Notes: generated by a model not told the origin, from the letters alone. Positions 38,693 through 49,634 are shown, numbered from the whole stretch's first letter. The stretch: 63,925 nucleotides of DNA, filler included, from Acetivibrio sp. (GCF_035371925.1; 3 parts of 3 records of this genome joined end to end with filler, not necessarily neighbours in it); one strand, 5' to 3'. Numbers and translations are program-made.

Positions 38693-38899
38693 ATGGAAAC
38701 AGCAATTTTTAATGTTCCGTCAATTTCATGCAGTGCCTGTTCAAGCAAAATTGAAGAAAACGTAAAGGAACTAAAAGGTATATCAAATGTATATTCCGAC
38801 CTGAAAAGCCAACAAATAAAAGTCGAATACAATCCGGCGGATATTAGTCCTCAAGAAATAAAGAAGCACATTGCCCAAATGGGCTATGAAATAATTTAA
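38693..38899 (+). CDS. copZ: Heavy-metal-associated (HMA) chaperone, CopZ-like
   Basis: VPSISCSACSSKIE (CxxC), GY C-terminus; SD AAGGAGG. Confidence 0.88.
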   Translation: METAIFNVPSISCSACSSKIEENVKELKGISNVYSDLKSQQIKVEYNPADISPQEIKKHIAQMGYEII

Positions 38900-38907
38900 G
38901 GTGGAGG

Positions 38908-39600
38908 TTATACTCCTCCACCTCCCTTCATTTTTTTAATTGCTTTTATTATTGCAGTCTCTTGATGGTTTATATGCTTTTGTGCATATTCCTGAGCCGC
39001 TATTTTGTCACGGGTTGAAATGGCCTCTAAGATGTACTGATGCTCTTTAATAAGCTCCTTCGGATCGCTGTAATCTTTAAGATATATTACCCTAAAGCGC
39101 TGAATCTGTTCCCGTAAATTGTTTGAAATCTGAATAAGCCTTTCGTTTCGTGATGCCCGGTATATCAATTCGTGAAACTCCACATCCTTCTTTATCGAGC
39201 CCTGCAAATTGTCTTTATTGGCATAGGCTAAAAACTGCGATTGTATATGCTCCAATTCCTTTATCTCTTCATTGGTAATTCTTTCAGCCGCAAGAGCCGT
39301 TGCCAAACCGTCAAGGGTAGCCCTGACCTCCAAAACATCCATAATATCTTTTGTTGAAAGCTCAGCCACATGTGCTCCCTTTCGCGGAAGCATCTCTACC
39401 AGCCCTTCAAGCTCAAGCTTTCTTATTGCTTCTCTTACAGGTGTGCGGCTGACGCCCATTTTTTCCGCCAGTTTGACTTCCATAAGCCTTTCCCCCGGCT
39501 TTAACTCACCTGCAATAATAGCCTCTCTAAGGGTGTCAAAAATTACCTCTCTTAGGGGCTTATAATCATTCAAATTTACTTTTGAAAGCTTTCCGGCCAT
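38908..39600 (-). CDS. GntR family transcriptional regulator (FCD)
   Basis: LKPGERLMEVKLAEKMGVSRTPVREAIRKLE; FHELIYRASRN. Confidence 0.93.
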   Translation of the reverse strand: MAGKLSKVNLNDYKPLREVIFDTLREAIIAGELKPGERLMEVKLAEKMGVSRTPVREAIRKLELEGLVEMLPRKGAHVAELSTKDIMDVLEVRATLDGLATALAAERITNEEIKELEHIQSQFLAYANKDNLQGSIKKDVEFHELIYRASRNERLIQISNNLREQIQRFRVIYLKDYSDPKELIKEHQYILEAISTRDKIAAQEYAQKHINHQETAIIKAIKKMKGGGGV

Positions 39601-39671
39601 TAAATTCTCTCCTCACTTAGTGGTTATTCCAAACTAATCAATTTTTCTCAACAACAATTTTGCTTCAAGCC

Positions 39672-40523
39672 TCACAGTGTTTGTGTCATAAAGCATTCCC
39701 ACTTGCCGTCATTAAGTCTTTCGTAGGCAAGGTGTGCTTTTTTGCCGTCTTCGAATATACCAAATACGGAAGGACCGCTTCCGCTCATCATGCTTCCTAA
39801 AGCTCCAAGCCTTAACAGCTCATTTTTAATATCGTTTATGACTTCGTATTTTTCTATTGTAACTGTCTCCAGCACATTTTTCATATTTTGCGCCAGACAA
39901 ACAATATTTCTGTCAGAAATAGCCTTTATCAAAAGATCCGTATCCGGCCTTGAGGATATTTTATCCAGCTTTAAATTGTTGTATACCCACGCTGTCGAGA
40001 CACCAACCTTGGGTTTTACCAATACAATATCCACTCCTTGAAAAGAAGGGATTTGGGTAAGTTTCTCCCCGATTCCCTCGGAAAGCATGGTTCCGCCTTT
40101 AATGCAGAAAGGTACATCCGCACCCACCTGTTTTCCTATGCCCATAAGTTCGGCTTCATCGAGATTTAAGCTAAAAAGTTCATTCATTCCCTTAATCACT
40201 GCCGCCGCATCGGCACTTCCTCCAGCCAAACCTGCCGCCACAGGAATTCTCTTTAAAATTTTAATGCCAACGCCGCTTTCGATTTTGTACCTTTCCATCA
40301 TGAGGTTTGCAGCTTTATAGGCAATATTGTCACTTCCTCCGGGTACCCACGGTTTATCACATTCCACTTCAATTCCCGCATCTTTACTCTCAACTATAAC
40401 CTCGTCATGCAAAGCTATAGTCTGCATAATCATTCTGACCTCATGATAACCATCCTGTCTCTTTCCGATTACATCAAGGGATAAATTAATTTTTGCATGG
40501 GCATTTAAGCTAATCGACTTCAT
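39672..40523 (-). CDS. ispE: 4-(cytidine 5'-diphospho)-2-C-methyl-D-erythritol kinase
   Basis: AHAKINLSLDV, KRIPVAAGLAGGSADAAA, GADVPFC, MSGSGPSVF; ATG 40523. Confidence 0.96.
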   Translation of the reverse strand: MKSISLNAHAKINLSLDVIGKRQDGYHEVRMIMQTIALHDEVIVESKDAGIEVECDKPWVPGGSDNIAYKAANLMMERYKIESGVGIKILKRIPVAAGLAGGSADAAAVIKGMNELFSLNLDEAELMGIGKQVGADVPFCIKGGTMLSEGIGEKLTQIPSFQGVDIVLVKPKVGVSTAWVYNNLKLDKISSRPDTDLLIKAISDRNIVCLAQNMKNVLETVTIEKYEVINDIKNELLRLGALGSMMSGSGPSVFGIFEDGKKAHLAYERLNDGKWECFMTQTL

Positions 40524-40751
40524 TTTCCACCTGATTTCATATTTTATATGCAAGTCTTTTAAACTTAGTTTAAAACCCAAAGACTTATTGGGTTTTGTAT
40601 ATTTTTATATTATATACAATATACATTCCTTTTTCAATAAAATCTCTAAAGGTGCTTATAATACATTTATAAAAAAACAATATTTTTTATCCATGCAAAA
40701 AAGTCCGAAATCTTCGACTTCGGACCTTTATTTTCACCTAAAGCTTACGGA

Positions 40752-42320
40752 TTAGCCTATTTTTCTTGGGACTATTATTTGCTGTCCCACCCCGATAACT
40801 TCATCGGCACCAAGCTCATTAACCCTCAAAATATCTTCCACCGTTGTACGGTACTTTTTGGCTATCTTCCAGAAAGTATCCCCAGGCTGTGAGAAATATA
40901 TGGTTATGCTTGGATATTGCTCATTGCTTCTATCTTCAAATGGGGTTTCACTTACATTTGATATAAGGGATATTTCTGTCTGTTCCACCAATCGGGCATT
41001 AATATCTACTACAACTCTTACCTCAACTTCATTTGCCGAAATCACGCTGTAGTTGCAGTGTTCAACTTGCAAGTCGATGTCACATCTCATTCCCGGTCTT
41101 GCATCTTCAATATCAATTCTCTGGCTGAAGGGCATTTCATGATTATAGGCAAACACCGGCTGTTCAGTATTATTTGCCACATACAGGATGCTGTTTTTTA
41201 CAGCTCCCTCAACACTGACATACCCATCCCCGGCATTACATTCAAACAGGCTTGGTTTGCACAAAACATTGAATACCTCGGATATATCGGGACTGTTGCC
41301 GTCAAATTCCACTACCTCTTTCAGTGTTATTTGACTTCTATTCCTCGACACAACCCTATTAATTTTAAACGCCTGCTTCTCATGCTCAATATTTGACCTT
41401 AAGCCGTATGCATCGGATACAATTTCCACATTTCTTTTATCTGTTGCTTCAGCCGCAAGGCCTACGGTTACTTCCGCCTTCAATACCCTCAATTCACCGT
41501 CACTGTCTTCTTGGGGAATAAAGGAAGCATTTCTTATCCTATAATCCACTTCGCATTCGGAATTTTCACTAATACCGGGAAGGTCAATAAACTGCGTAAA
41601 GGAGATTTCATGCTCCATAAACTGAATGCTTCTTTCCTCATTATCCCCTATGTACAAAGTAAGTATGTTTATATCTCCTTTGGCAATAATCTTGTCATCG
41701 GAAATTCTGTAATCTTTACCCACTATCTTTACATCGTTTCTCAATATTTCTTTTATGGCCGGTTTTCCCGCAGGTACCTCCAGCATTTCCTCTGAAGTAC
41801 AATTAACAGTGTTTTCCCCAAGGTAGCAATATATATCCACATTGTCTTTTAAAACCTGTATATCTTCAATACCTCTTAAATCGTTTACAAACTCCTGCTC
41901 TACGTCATTTATTGCCTTTGCGTTAATCTTAAGAATGGTTTTGACATTGATTTTTCTTCCGTTCAGTATCTCATAATCCATATGTTCTATGTCGCATTTT
42001 ACTTTTGTTTTCATTCCCGGCCGGGTATTTGGCGCATCAACAACATACGAAAAATCACTCGAAGTATTTATACTTTTTACAGCCTGTTCCTGGTCATCGG
42101 AAACATATAGTATCTTGTAATAAATAGTACCATCCACATGTATTCTATCCTGTGAAGCCTCAGAATCCCCTTCTCTTACCTCGCCGTCAAGAAGAAGTAT
42201 TCTTGCAACGTCCGGGTTGATGTCGGGTACGATTATATCATGTTCAACAATTGTCTGTGCAAAATCTTCACTAACAACGTAATTGACTTTTGTGGACTCT
42301 CTAACAAGTTCAAGGGACAT
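40752..42320 (-). CDS. sipL: Spore coat morphogenetic protein with three SPOCS (DUF3794) domains and C-terminal LysM
   Basis: IIVPDINPDV / EVPAGKPAIKEI / DGNSPDISEV repeats; LysM QPGDTFWKIAKKYRTTVEDILRVN. Confidence 0.88.
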   Translation of the reverse strand: MSLELVRESTKVNYVVSEDFAQTIVEHDIIVPDINPDVARILLLDGEVREGDSEASQDRIHVDGTIYYKILYVSDDQEQAVKSINTSSDFSYVVDAPNTRPGMKTKVKCDIEHMDYEILNGRKINVKTILKINAKAINDVEQEFVNDLRGIEDIQVLKDNVDIYCYLGENTVNCTSEEMLEVPAGKPAIKEILRNDVKIVGKDYRISDDKIIAKGDINILTLYIGDNEERSIQFMEHEISFTQFIDLPGISENSECEVDYRIRNASFIPQEDSDGELRVLKAEVTVGLAAEATDKRNVEIVSDAYGLRSNIEHEKQAFKINRVVSRNRSQITLKEVVEFDGNSPDISEVFNVLCKPSLFECNAGDGYVSVEGAVKNSILYVANNTEQPVFAYNHEMPFSQRIDIEDARPGMRCDIDLQVEHCNYSVISANEVEVRVVVDINARLVEQTEISLISNVSETPFEDRSNEQYPSITIYFSQPGDTFWKIAKKYRTTVEDILRVNELGADEVIGVGQQIIVPRKIG

Positions 42321-42738
42321 TCTCCATCCTCCTTAAATATTATTCCGTAACGATTTGTATCGCTAAATCACCGAGGGTAATCAGGATTGCTTCAAACTAA
42401 TACCTGCCTACTAAAATATATATTGACAAGGCTTTTAAAATATTCCCTTGAACACAATAAATTATAAAATCTTTTTATTCTTTCGGTTGCTCTGTTTTTC
42501 TCTAACATGCACAAACTAATATTAAAGCCTCTTTTAGCTTTTCAAGGTTCATTCTCTCTTAAGAGCTTGATACACATATATAAACAATACTGTTTATATC
42601 ATCTATATAAACTTCTCAATGTCATCCGTTTCTTTGTACTATCAATAATTCCCGTTATATCCCCTTGTAAATTTCATATACAATAGTATTCATTACCGTT
42701 TGGTTTATAGTCAAAAATCTTGCCTTTGAACCATAGAT

Positions 42739-42788
42739 AAAAAGCATAAAAGAACCGAATCTTGCGATTCGGTCCTTTTATGCTTTTT
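42739..42788. terminator. Long hairpin, veg terminator
   Basis: 23-bp arms AAAAAGCATAAAAGAACCGAATC / GATTCGGTCCTTTTATGCTTTTT with one mismatch. Confidence 0.75.
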
Positions 42789-42845
42789 AAGTAATATTAA
42801 AATTTAATCCTCTATACATTACAACACCACAAACTGATTACCAAA

Positions 42846-43112
42846 CTAACTGACCTGTATTTTTCTATTACTTTCACAAACAGTTATTTCCACAGCTTTT
42901 GTAAGAATATCCGTATAACTGTAAGATACCCTTCTCGTTGCTTCATAATCATTTTCAAATTTAACTACGAAGATGCTAGGATAGGTGTTTTCAACTATTC
43001 CTTCTCTAATAAATGCCTTTTTTCTCCCCTTATTAGCTTTGAGCTGAATCTTCTGCCCAACACAGGTCTCTATATCTCTCTTTATTTGGAGCAGGCTGCT
43101 CTTCTCCATCAT
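42846..43112 (-). CDS. veg: Veg family protein
   Basis: VGQKIQLKANKGRKK...ENTYPSIFVV...VSYSYTDILT. Confidence 0.95.
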   Translation of the reverse strand: MMEKSSLLQIKRDIETCVGQKIQLKANKGRKKAFIREGIVENTYPSIFVVKFENDYEATRRVSYSYTDILTKAVEITVCESNRKIQVS

Positions 43113-43140
43113 TGAATCACCTCATCTTCTGTTTGCACTA

Positions 43141-43212
43141 ATTATATCACATTGAGACAAGATTGTCAAAGAAAAAATATATATTATAACAGGGACAAAA
43201 TATTTGTGTCAA
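43141..43212 (-). promoter_or_regulatory. Two tandem consensus SigA promoters for veg
   Basis: TTGACA-18-TATAAT (43212-43183) and TTGACA-17-TATAAT with extended TG (43169-43141). Confidence 0.85.
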
Positions 43213-43346
43213 GCCTTTTTTAAAGGTGATTTCTTACATGCAACCCGCCTAAAACCAACCATACTAAATATTGATGAGATTAATCAGCTTTTCACCAACA
43301 TTTAGTATGGCCAATCCAAAACATTCTTTAAAATCTATATCATTTA

Positions 43347-44222
43347 TTATTTTATATTATAAGGTTCCCGTGGAAATCCATCTCTGTATTTCCCTCTTGT
43401 TTCTATGCCACCTATACCCTTGACACCGGTAATTGTTTTTACTATCACATCCTGGGGACTTATCACCTGGTTTATGCCGGTAAACGCTATTTTTTGGCAT
43501 ACCATTACCGGATCTAAGGCATGAATAAGCACTCTGTAGGGTGAACTTGCAAAGTTTGCGCCGGCATCGATAATTTTATTATACATCGACTGACATGCGC
43601 CAGCAAAAATAACAAGACTGTCTAAATTGCTGTCAAAGCGCCTGGCCTCACGTACTGCATCAACAAAATATTTTGAGTTTCTGTAGTTTTCAATATCCGA
43701 ATATCCTTTTTCACTTTTTATAACACCGTCATGACCGGTCAGCACAAGAATGTCAGGCTTATGCTCTTTTAGAAGGTTGAATATTTTCAAAGGTTGATCC
43801 TTTTCTCTTACATACACACCCACAGCCTCCATCCCCAACCTCCTGTACTCCTCCATACAAGTATCGAGATAATCACTATCCCCATCTACATGAAGCACTT
43901 TGCCAGGCTTCGGAAAGTTCTCATTATTCTCTTTGGCAACGTCACGAAAAAATTTTTTTTTTGATTTATCCCTCATCAGGGATTCGTTCAAGCTCCTGAT
44001 TTTTTCGTTAACCGACCTGTTAACTCTTGCATTATATTCCCGGACGCAATTATCCGACTGCACAATCAGGTCTGTTTCGGGAGCATCCGCTTCCAACCTG
44101 TAGCAAATACCCCTTAGTATTACTATCTTTTTTCCCTTTTCGTATTTTATGTCAACAACCTTAAACAATATGTCCGAACCGTAAGACTTTCTTGCCACTA
44201 TGTCACCAATTTTCAAACTCAT
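43347..44222 (-). CDS. yabG: Sporulation peptidase YabG
   Basis: KIGDIVARKSYGSDILF, GKVLHVDGD, LTGHDG, FAGACQS, GANFASSP; ATG 44222. Confidence 0.95.
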   Translation of the reverse strand: MSLKIGDIVARKSYGSDILFKVVDIKYEKGKKIVILRGICYRLEADAPETDLIVQSDNCVREYNARVNRSVNEKIRSLNESLMRDKSKKKFFRDVAKENNENFPKPGKVLHVDGDSDYLDTCMEEYRRLGMEAVGVYVREKDQPLKIFNLLKEHKPDILVLTGHDGVIKSEKGYSDIENYRNSKYFVDAVREARRFDSNLDSLVIFAGACQSMYNKIIDAGANFASSPYRVLIHALDPVMVCQKIAFTGINQVISPQDVIVKTITGVKGIGGIETRGKYRDGFPREPYNIK

Positions 44223-44255
44223 TAATATCACCCTCAATTTTACTTTCTACTATAC

Positions 44256-44283
44256 ATAATATGTTTTATCCGCGCTGTTTGTG
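44256..44283 (-). promoter_or_regulatory. SigK promoter of yabG
   Basis: CACA-N16-CATATTAT matches the SigK consensus; yabG is SigK-dependent in B. subtilis. Confidence 0.7.
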
Positions 44284-44290
44284 AGGGGTA

Positions 44291-44320
44291 TTGAAATACT
44301 GTGCCAATAAACGATATAAT
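44291..44320 (+). promoter_or_regulatory. SigA-type promoter of fhs
   Basis: TTGAAA-18-TATAAT. Confidence 0.55.
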
Positions 44321-44389
44321 AAATTATAATCAAACTATTCCTGCTTTGATATTTAAATAAATGGGAACAGTTCTCAGGAGGTAATAAAC

Positions 44390-46060
44390 GTGCTAACAGA
44401 TATTCAAATAGCCCAATCGTGTAAAATGAAGCCCATAAATCAAATTGCTGCAGAGCTTGGTATTGAGGAGGAAGAGCTTGAACTCTACGGAAAGTACAAA
44501 GCAAAATTATCCGACAAGCTCTGGGAGAGAGTGAAAGACAGGCCCGACGGCAAGCTTATTCTGGTAACTGCAATAAATCCCACACCGGCCGGTGAAGGAA
44601 AAACCACCACCACCGTTGGACTGGGGCAGGCTATGTCAAAAATCGGTAAGAAAGCAGTAATTGCTCTAAGGGAACCATCTTTAGGTCCCGTAATGGGAAT
44701 CAAGGGCGGAGCAGCCGGCGGAGGATACTCCCAGGTAGTTCCCATGGAAGATATAAATTTACACTTTACCGGAGACATGCACGCGATAACTGCTGCCAAC
44801 AATTTGTTGTCCGCAGCCATCGATAATCATATACAACAGGGAAATGAGCTCAATATTGACGTACGGCAGATAATATGGAAAAGGGCAATGGATATGAATG
44901 ACCGGGCACTTAGAAATATTGTGGTAGGTCTCGGCGGAAAAGCAAACGGCACCCCCAGGGAGGATGGTTTCCAAATAACTGTTGCTTCTGAGGTTATGGC
45001 TATTTTGTGCCTTTCGACAGGTCTCATGGACCTAAAAGAACGCCTTGGGAGAATACTTGTCGGATACACCTACGACGGCAAACCAGTTTTTGCAAAAGAC
45101 TTAAAGGTAAACGGAGCAATGGCCTTGCTCCTTAAAGATGCCATAAAGCCAAATCTTGTTCAGACCCTGGAAAACACTCCTGCAATAATGCACGGCGGTC
45201 CCTTTGCCAATATAGCCCACGGTTGCAACAGTATTGTTGCCACCAGGCTCGGATTAAAACTTGCCGACTACTGCATTACGGAAGCCGGTTTCGGCGCAGA
45301 CTTAGGTGCTGAAAAGTTCTTTGACATCAAATGCCGCTACGCAGGTCTAAAGCCTGATTTGGTTGTACTGGTGGCTACTATAAGGGCTCTTAAGTATAAT
45401 GGCGGTGTAAAAAAAGAAAATCTGGGAATTGAGAATATTGAAGCCCTCCAAAGCGGATTTGTCAACTTAGAAAAGCACATAGAAAACATCAGAAAATTCA
45501 ACGTTCCTATCCTAGTGGCTATCAATCATTTTGGTACCGATACCGACGCTGAAATCGAATATGTAAAAAATCGCTGCAAAGACATGAATGTTGAAGTTGC
45601 TTTTTCGGATGTTTTTTCAAAAGGCTCCGAAGGCGGCATAGAACTGGCCGAAAAGCTTGTAAAACTTACAGAAACACAAAAATCGGATTTCAAACCTCTT
45701 TATGACGTAAATCTTTCAATAAGGGAAAAAATAGAGACAATTGCCAAAGAAATTTACGGTGCCGATGGCGTCAACATTTTGCCGGCAGCGGAAAGAGCAA
45801 TCAAAAAAATTGAAGAGCTTAAAATGGATAAGCTGCCCATATGTATAGCCAAAACCCAGTACTCCCTTTCCGACGACCCAACCCTTTTAGGAAGGCCCAA
45901 AGGGTTTGTTATTACAGTAAGAGAAATAAAGCTTTCCAGCGGAGCAGGATTTATTGTTGCAATTACCGGTGATATTATGACAATGCCCGGGCTTCCTAAA
46001 ATTCCTGCTGCAGAAAAAATTGATATAGATGAAAATGGAGTCATTACAGGTCTTTTCTAA
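44390..46060 (+). CDS. fhs: Formate--tetrahydrofolate ligase
   Basis: [56 protein letters not shown]. Confidence 0.97.
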   Translation: MLTDIQIAQSCKMKPINQIAAELGIEEEELELYGKYKAKLSDKLWERVKDRPDGKLILVTAINPTPAGEGKTTTTVGLGQAMSKIGKKAVIALREPSLGPVMGIKGGAAGGGYSQVVPMEDINLHFTGDMHAITAANNLLSAAIDNHIQQGNELNIDVRQIIWKRAMDMNDRALRNIVVGLGGKANGTPREDGFQITVASEVMAILCLSTGLMDLKERLGRILVGYTYDGKPVFAKDLKVNGAMALLLKDAIKPNLVQTLENTPAIMHGGPFANIAHGCNSIVATRLGLKLADYCITEAGFGADLGAEKFFDIKCRYAGLKPDLVVLVATIRALKYNGGVKKENLGIENIEALQSGFVNLEKHIENIRKFNVPILVAINHFGTDTDAEIEYVKNRCKDMNVEVAFSDVFSKGSEGGIELAEKLVKLTETQKSDFKPLYDVNLSIREKIETIAKEIYGADGVNILPAAERAIKKIEELKMDKLPICIAKTQYSLSDDPTLLGRPKGFVITVREIKLSSGAGFIVAITGDIMTMPGLPKIPAAEKIDIDENGVITGLF

Positions 46061-46139
46061 AATTTAAAAAATTAATCGCATAAACCTAAAGCCCACGGGG
46101 TTTTAAGCCCCTTGGGCCTTAAATTTTTATTTTACCCAA

Positions 46140-47123
46140 TTAAATTTTATTGAATTCATTTAAAAACTTTTTATGATATTCAATTTCTTCAATTACCTCG
46201 TTAAACCTTGCGGCAAAGCTTTTTTCCCTTCTTATGCGTCTGCTGTTGTAATGCCTGTTAACCACTCTCCAGAACTTCTGGGGAAACTGAAGCATAATTT
46301 TCAAAATCTCAAACTCATCTTTTGAAATGGGTTCTATGGATGTGTACGCGTCAATTATGACCATCGCCTCATCTATATCCCAGTTGCACTTTCTCATTTT
46401 TCTCCTTAAAAGATTTGCAACATCATATACTTTTAGCTCAAAGCTGCAATATTCAAAATTTATAACCGATGTTTCCGTGTCTTTACAGATTATATTGCAA
46501 TGGGTATAATCATGATGACAAAACAGCCTGTCTTCGCGGCTTTTTTTTACCACATCAAAATACATTGAATTGTGTATCCTCTCCAATGCATTCTCTCCCA
46601 GCTCATAAAAATAATCTATGTACTCCAAAATCAAATAATCAAATTTACCCCTTTCCCTTTGCGCCATCTTCTTTGTTCTTTTTATCTCTTCCAGCCTCTT
46701 GTTGAAATACTCGGGAAGCTTTCCCAAATCATCCCTTGCTATGCTGTTTTGAGGAGGAATATATCCTTTTGAAGCCTTGTGCAGCATTGCCAGCATTTTT
46801 GAAGCTCTTATAACGTCTTCCCTGCTGTTAAAATCACATTCTCTTCCCTCCACTGCATCCGAGACGGTATAAAGCTCTCCGTTTATAGATAATACAGGGC
46901 TTTTAGCCTTGTTGCACACATACCTGTCTATATTTTTAAAGCCATTATTGTACAAATGCTCTTTTGCTCCATGCACAAACATTATGCGCTCAGGTGAACA
47001 GTTAATGTTCTTTAAAACTTTCTTTCCTTCCGATGTTTCGATAATATAATAGTTTTTTAACGGATAAATCTTGTCTATATTAAAATCATACATTCTGGAC
47101 AATTCCTTATCTATATCTTGCAT
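46140..47123 (-). CDS. CotS family spore coat kinase-like protein
   Basis: LAMLHKAS, FCHHDYTHCNI, INFE, YDVANLLR, FPQKFW; likely ATG 47123. Confidence 0.85.
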   Translation of the reverse strand: MQDIDKELSRMYDFNIDKIYPLKNYYIIETSEGKKVLKNINCSPERIMFVHGAKEHLYNNGFKNIDRYVCNKAKSPVLSINGELYTVSDAVEGRECDFNSREDVIRASKMLAMLHKASKGYIPPQNSIARDDLGKLPEYFNKRLEEIKRTKKMAQRERGKFDYLILEYIDYFYELGENALERIHNSMYFDVVKKSREDRLFCHHDYTHCNIICKDTETSVINFEYCSFELKVYDVANLLRRKMRKCNWDIDEAMVIIDAYTSIEPISKDEFEILKIMLQFPQKFWRVVNRHYNSRRIRREKSFAARFNEVIEEIEYHKKFLNEFNKI

Positions 47124-47287
47124 TTTCAACCCCCCATACATCATATAGCTATTTTTGCCCATATACATTTTTATTCCGTGAACTTACTTTTTAAGTCTAA
47201 AAAGGCCATAAATCAAAATCCCTTGTGCCAAAATCTATAATGCCCCCCATTGTCAAGACAATTTTTCAGCTTTTCTAAGTTAGATTC

Positions 47288-47387
47288 NNNNNNNNNNNNN
47301 NNNNNNNNNNNNNNNNNNNNNNNNNNNNNNNTTAATTAATTAANNNNNNNNNNNNNNNNNNNNNNNNNNNNNNNNNNNNNNNNNNNN
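47288..47387. other. Artificial contig spacer (44 N + TTAATTAATTAA + 44 N)
   Basis: Same structure as 23843-23942. Confidence 0.97.
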
Positions 47388-47481
47388 GACAATAGGTTTA
47401 AGAAATTTTATTTAGAACCGATACTTTTTGTGGGATAATCATGACATAAAAATAGTAAGAATCGTGCGATTCAATATTAAC

Positions 47482-47511
47482 TACATCTTTTCGAAAAGCA
47501 TCTTGCGTCTT
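47482..47511 (+). promoter_or_regulatory. Candidate ECF autoregulatory promoter
   Basis: TACATC, T-tract, 18-nt spacer, CGTCTT; same geometry as the site before sigV. Confidence 0.35.
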
Positions 47512-47559
47512 TCAAAAAAACACTTGAGGATATAAATATAGGCTTTTCGGAAGAATCAT

Positions 47560-48141
47560 ATGATTGGTGTGTTGACTATGAGCAAAGAACGGGACAATAT
47601 TTTGGTTGAAAATACTTTAAAAGGCAACATCAGTTCCTTTGAAGAATTGATGGGGTTGTATCAGGGAAAGCTGTTCAATTTTCTTTTAAAAATGACGGCT
47701 TCAAGAGAGGACGCAGAGGAAATCACCCAGGAAGTGTTTATAAAGGTATACAACAACCTATATAAATACAACAATAAATGGAGCTTTTCCACCTGGATTT
47801 ACCGGATAGCCATAAATACTCTAAGAAGCCAGTACAGAAAAGTAAAAAATGTAAAGAGTGTTGACTATTACACAAACGTATCGGAACTGCCCGCAAACTT
47901 TAGTGATTATCCTGAGTTGGCCTATGAAATGAAGGAGCGGCAAAGAGAGATAATCAGACTTATTGACGAACTTAAAGAAGACCAGAAAACAGCATTGCTT
48001 CTACGTTGTATGCAGGATTTTTCCTTCAAAGAAATCGGCGATATATTAGGAATCTCACCCGAAGCTGCAAAAATGAAAATACAAAGGGCAAAGCAGACTA
48101 TTTGCAAAAAGTACGAAAAACTCGAGAAGGAGGGTAGATAA
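47560..48141 (+). CDS. ECF RNA polymerase sigma factor (start may be 47578)
   Basis: EDAEEITQEVFIKVY, FSTWIYRIAIN, SFKEIGDILGISPEAAKMKIQRAK. Confidence 0.92.
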   Translation: MIGVLTMSKERDNILVENTLKGNISSFEELMGLYQGKLFNFLLKMTASREDAEEITQEVFIKVYNNLYKYNNKWSFSTWIYRIAINTLRSQYRKVKNVKSVDYYTNVSELPANFSDYPELAYEMKERQREIIRLIDELKEDQKTALLLRCMQDFSFKEIGDILGISPEAAKMKIQRAKQTICKKYEKLEKEGR

Positions 48142-48143
48142 AA

Positions 48144-49547
48144 ATGAAATGCAATTTTAGTTTTGAAGACATAATCAAATATTCCGAAAATCATCTGTCG
48201 GATGAAGAGAAAAAGAGAATTAAAGAACATCTGGATGTATGTGAAAAATGTCGAAAGCGCTATGGAGTATTGAAATCCACAGAGGCTTATGCAAAAGACA
48301 GTTCTATTGCAAGCGAGAATATCAGTAAAAATGTGATGGAGGCGATTGATATAAACAGATACAGCAAAAACAAAAAATTTTGGTTGGGTAGGGCATTTTA
48401 CAAGGCCATGCCTGTTATTAAGCCAATTCTGGCAACTGCGGCAGTATTGGTTGTTGTAACGGTGGGTGTAACAAGTTTCGGAAGTCTCAGAAGATTAATT
48501 AATAATTCCGGTAGCGTGGAACCTAATCCAACCGGGTCGGTTATTGATTCTCAAAATACCAATCCGGCTGCGTTACCCGAAAGTACGGACTCAATAGTTC
48601 AAAATCCCATAGAAAAAAGGATAATTACGCTTTACTATTCAAATTCCAATGCAGACAAAGTTGTTGCCGAGAAGAGGGAAGTTGAAATAAGCAAAGACAC
48701 CCAAATAGAAAGATTGGTTTTTGAAGAATTGCAAAAGGGCCCAAAAGGCGAAGGTTTATTTGCAACAATACCCAAGGGAACAAGACTTTTATCGGTATCC
48801 ACCAAAAACGGCATCTGCACACTTAATCTTTCCAAAGAGTTTGTTGATAACCATTCCGGCGGAACAGCAGGAGAAGCAATGACTTTATACTCGATAATCA
48901 ATACAATGACCGAGCTTCCCGGTATTGACAAAGTACAGTTTCTTATTGAAGGCCAAAAGCAAGAGGCATATATACATGCTGTATTTAATGAGCCTTTCAA
49001 AAGAAATGATAAAATTATTGAAAAGAGCGAAAGCGAGATAAAAGCTGAAGTTGAAGCCAGGTCCCAAGAAGCTGTCAAAGCCATTAAGGAAAAGGACATG
49101 GAAAAGTTGGCCCAAATGGTGCATCCTGAAAAAGGCGTATTGTTCTCCCCCTATTCTCACGTTGAATTGCACAAGCATAAAGTATTTACAGCAGAGCAAT
49201 TAAAGGATCTGCTTAAGTCGGAAGAAGTGTATACTTGGGGAGAATACGACGGATCCGGTGATCCGATTGAATTAACCTTTGCACAGTATTACGAAAGATT
49301 CATATACGATCATGATTTTGCAAACGTAGATAAAGTGGCATACAATGAAATACAGCGGTACGGAAATACTATTGTCAATATTTTGGACGTTTATCCTGAA
49401 GGCAAATTCATAGAGTACTACTTCCCCGGGACCGAACCGCCCGAACCTTATGATAGTTTGGATTGGGCATGCCTGAGGTTGGCTTTTGAAGAGTATAACG
49501 GCCAGTGGTATCTTGTATGTATCGCCCACGGTCAATGGACTATATAA
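48144..49547 (+). CDS. Zinc-binding anti-sigma factor with extracellular GerMN domain and a further C-terminal domain
   Basis: HLDVCEKC (HxxxCxxC), TM AAVLVVVTVGV, GerMN pattern TLYYSN...LQKGP...IPKGTRLL...LNLSKEF...SIINTMTELPGIDKVQFLIEG. Confidence 0.85.
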   Translation: MKCNFSFEDIIKYSENHLSDEEKKRIKEHLDVCEKCRKRYGVLKSTEAYAKDSSIASENISKNVMEAIDINRYSKNKKFWLGRAFYKAMPVIKPILATAAVLVVVTVGVTSFGSLRRLINNSGSVEPNPTGSVIDSQNTNPAALPESTDSIVQNPIEKRIITLYYSNSNADKVVAEKREVEISKDTQIERLVFEELQKGPKGEGLFATIPKGTRLLSVSTKNGICTLNLSKEFVDNHSGGTAGEAMTLYSIINTMTELPGIDKVQFLIEGQKQEAYIHAVFNEPFKRNDKIIEKSESEIKAEVEARSQEAVKAIKEKDMEKLAQMVHPEKGVLFSPYSHVELHKHKVFTAEQLKDLLKSEEVYTWGEYDGSGDPIELTFAQYYERFIYDHDFANVDKVAYNEIQRYGNTIVNILDVYPEGKFIEYYFPGTEPPEPYDSLDWACLRLAFEEYNGQWYLVCIAHGQWTI

Positions 49548-49623
49548 AATATTTGATTTTAAATATACCGTCCCTTGGTATTAGCCAAGAACGGTATACT
49601 TTTTTGCTATAAAAAAAGCAGAG

Positions 49624-49634
49624 AACCGTCCCCT
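49624..49634 (+). repeat. REP-like motif AACCGTCCCCT, left copy
   Basis: Exact inverted partner AGGGGACGGTT at 50968-50978; a related ACCGTCCC lies in the hairpin at about 49565-49597. Confidence 0.45.
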
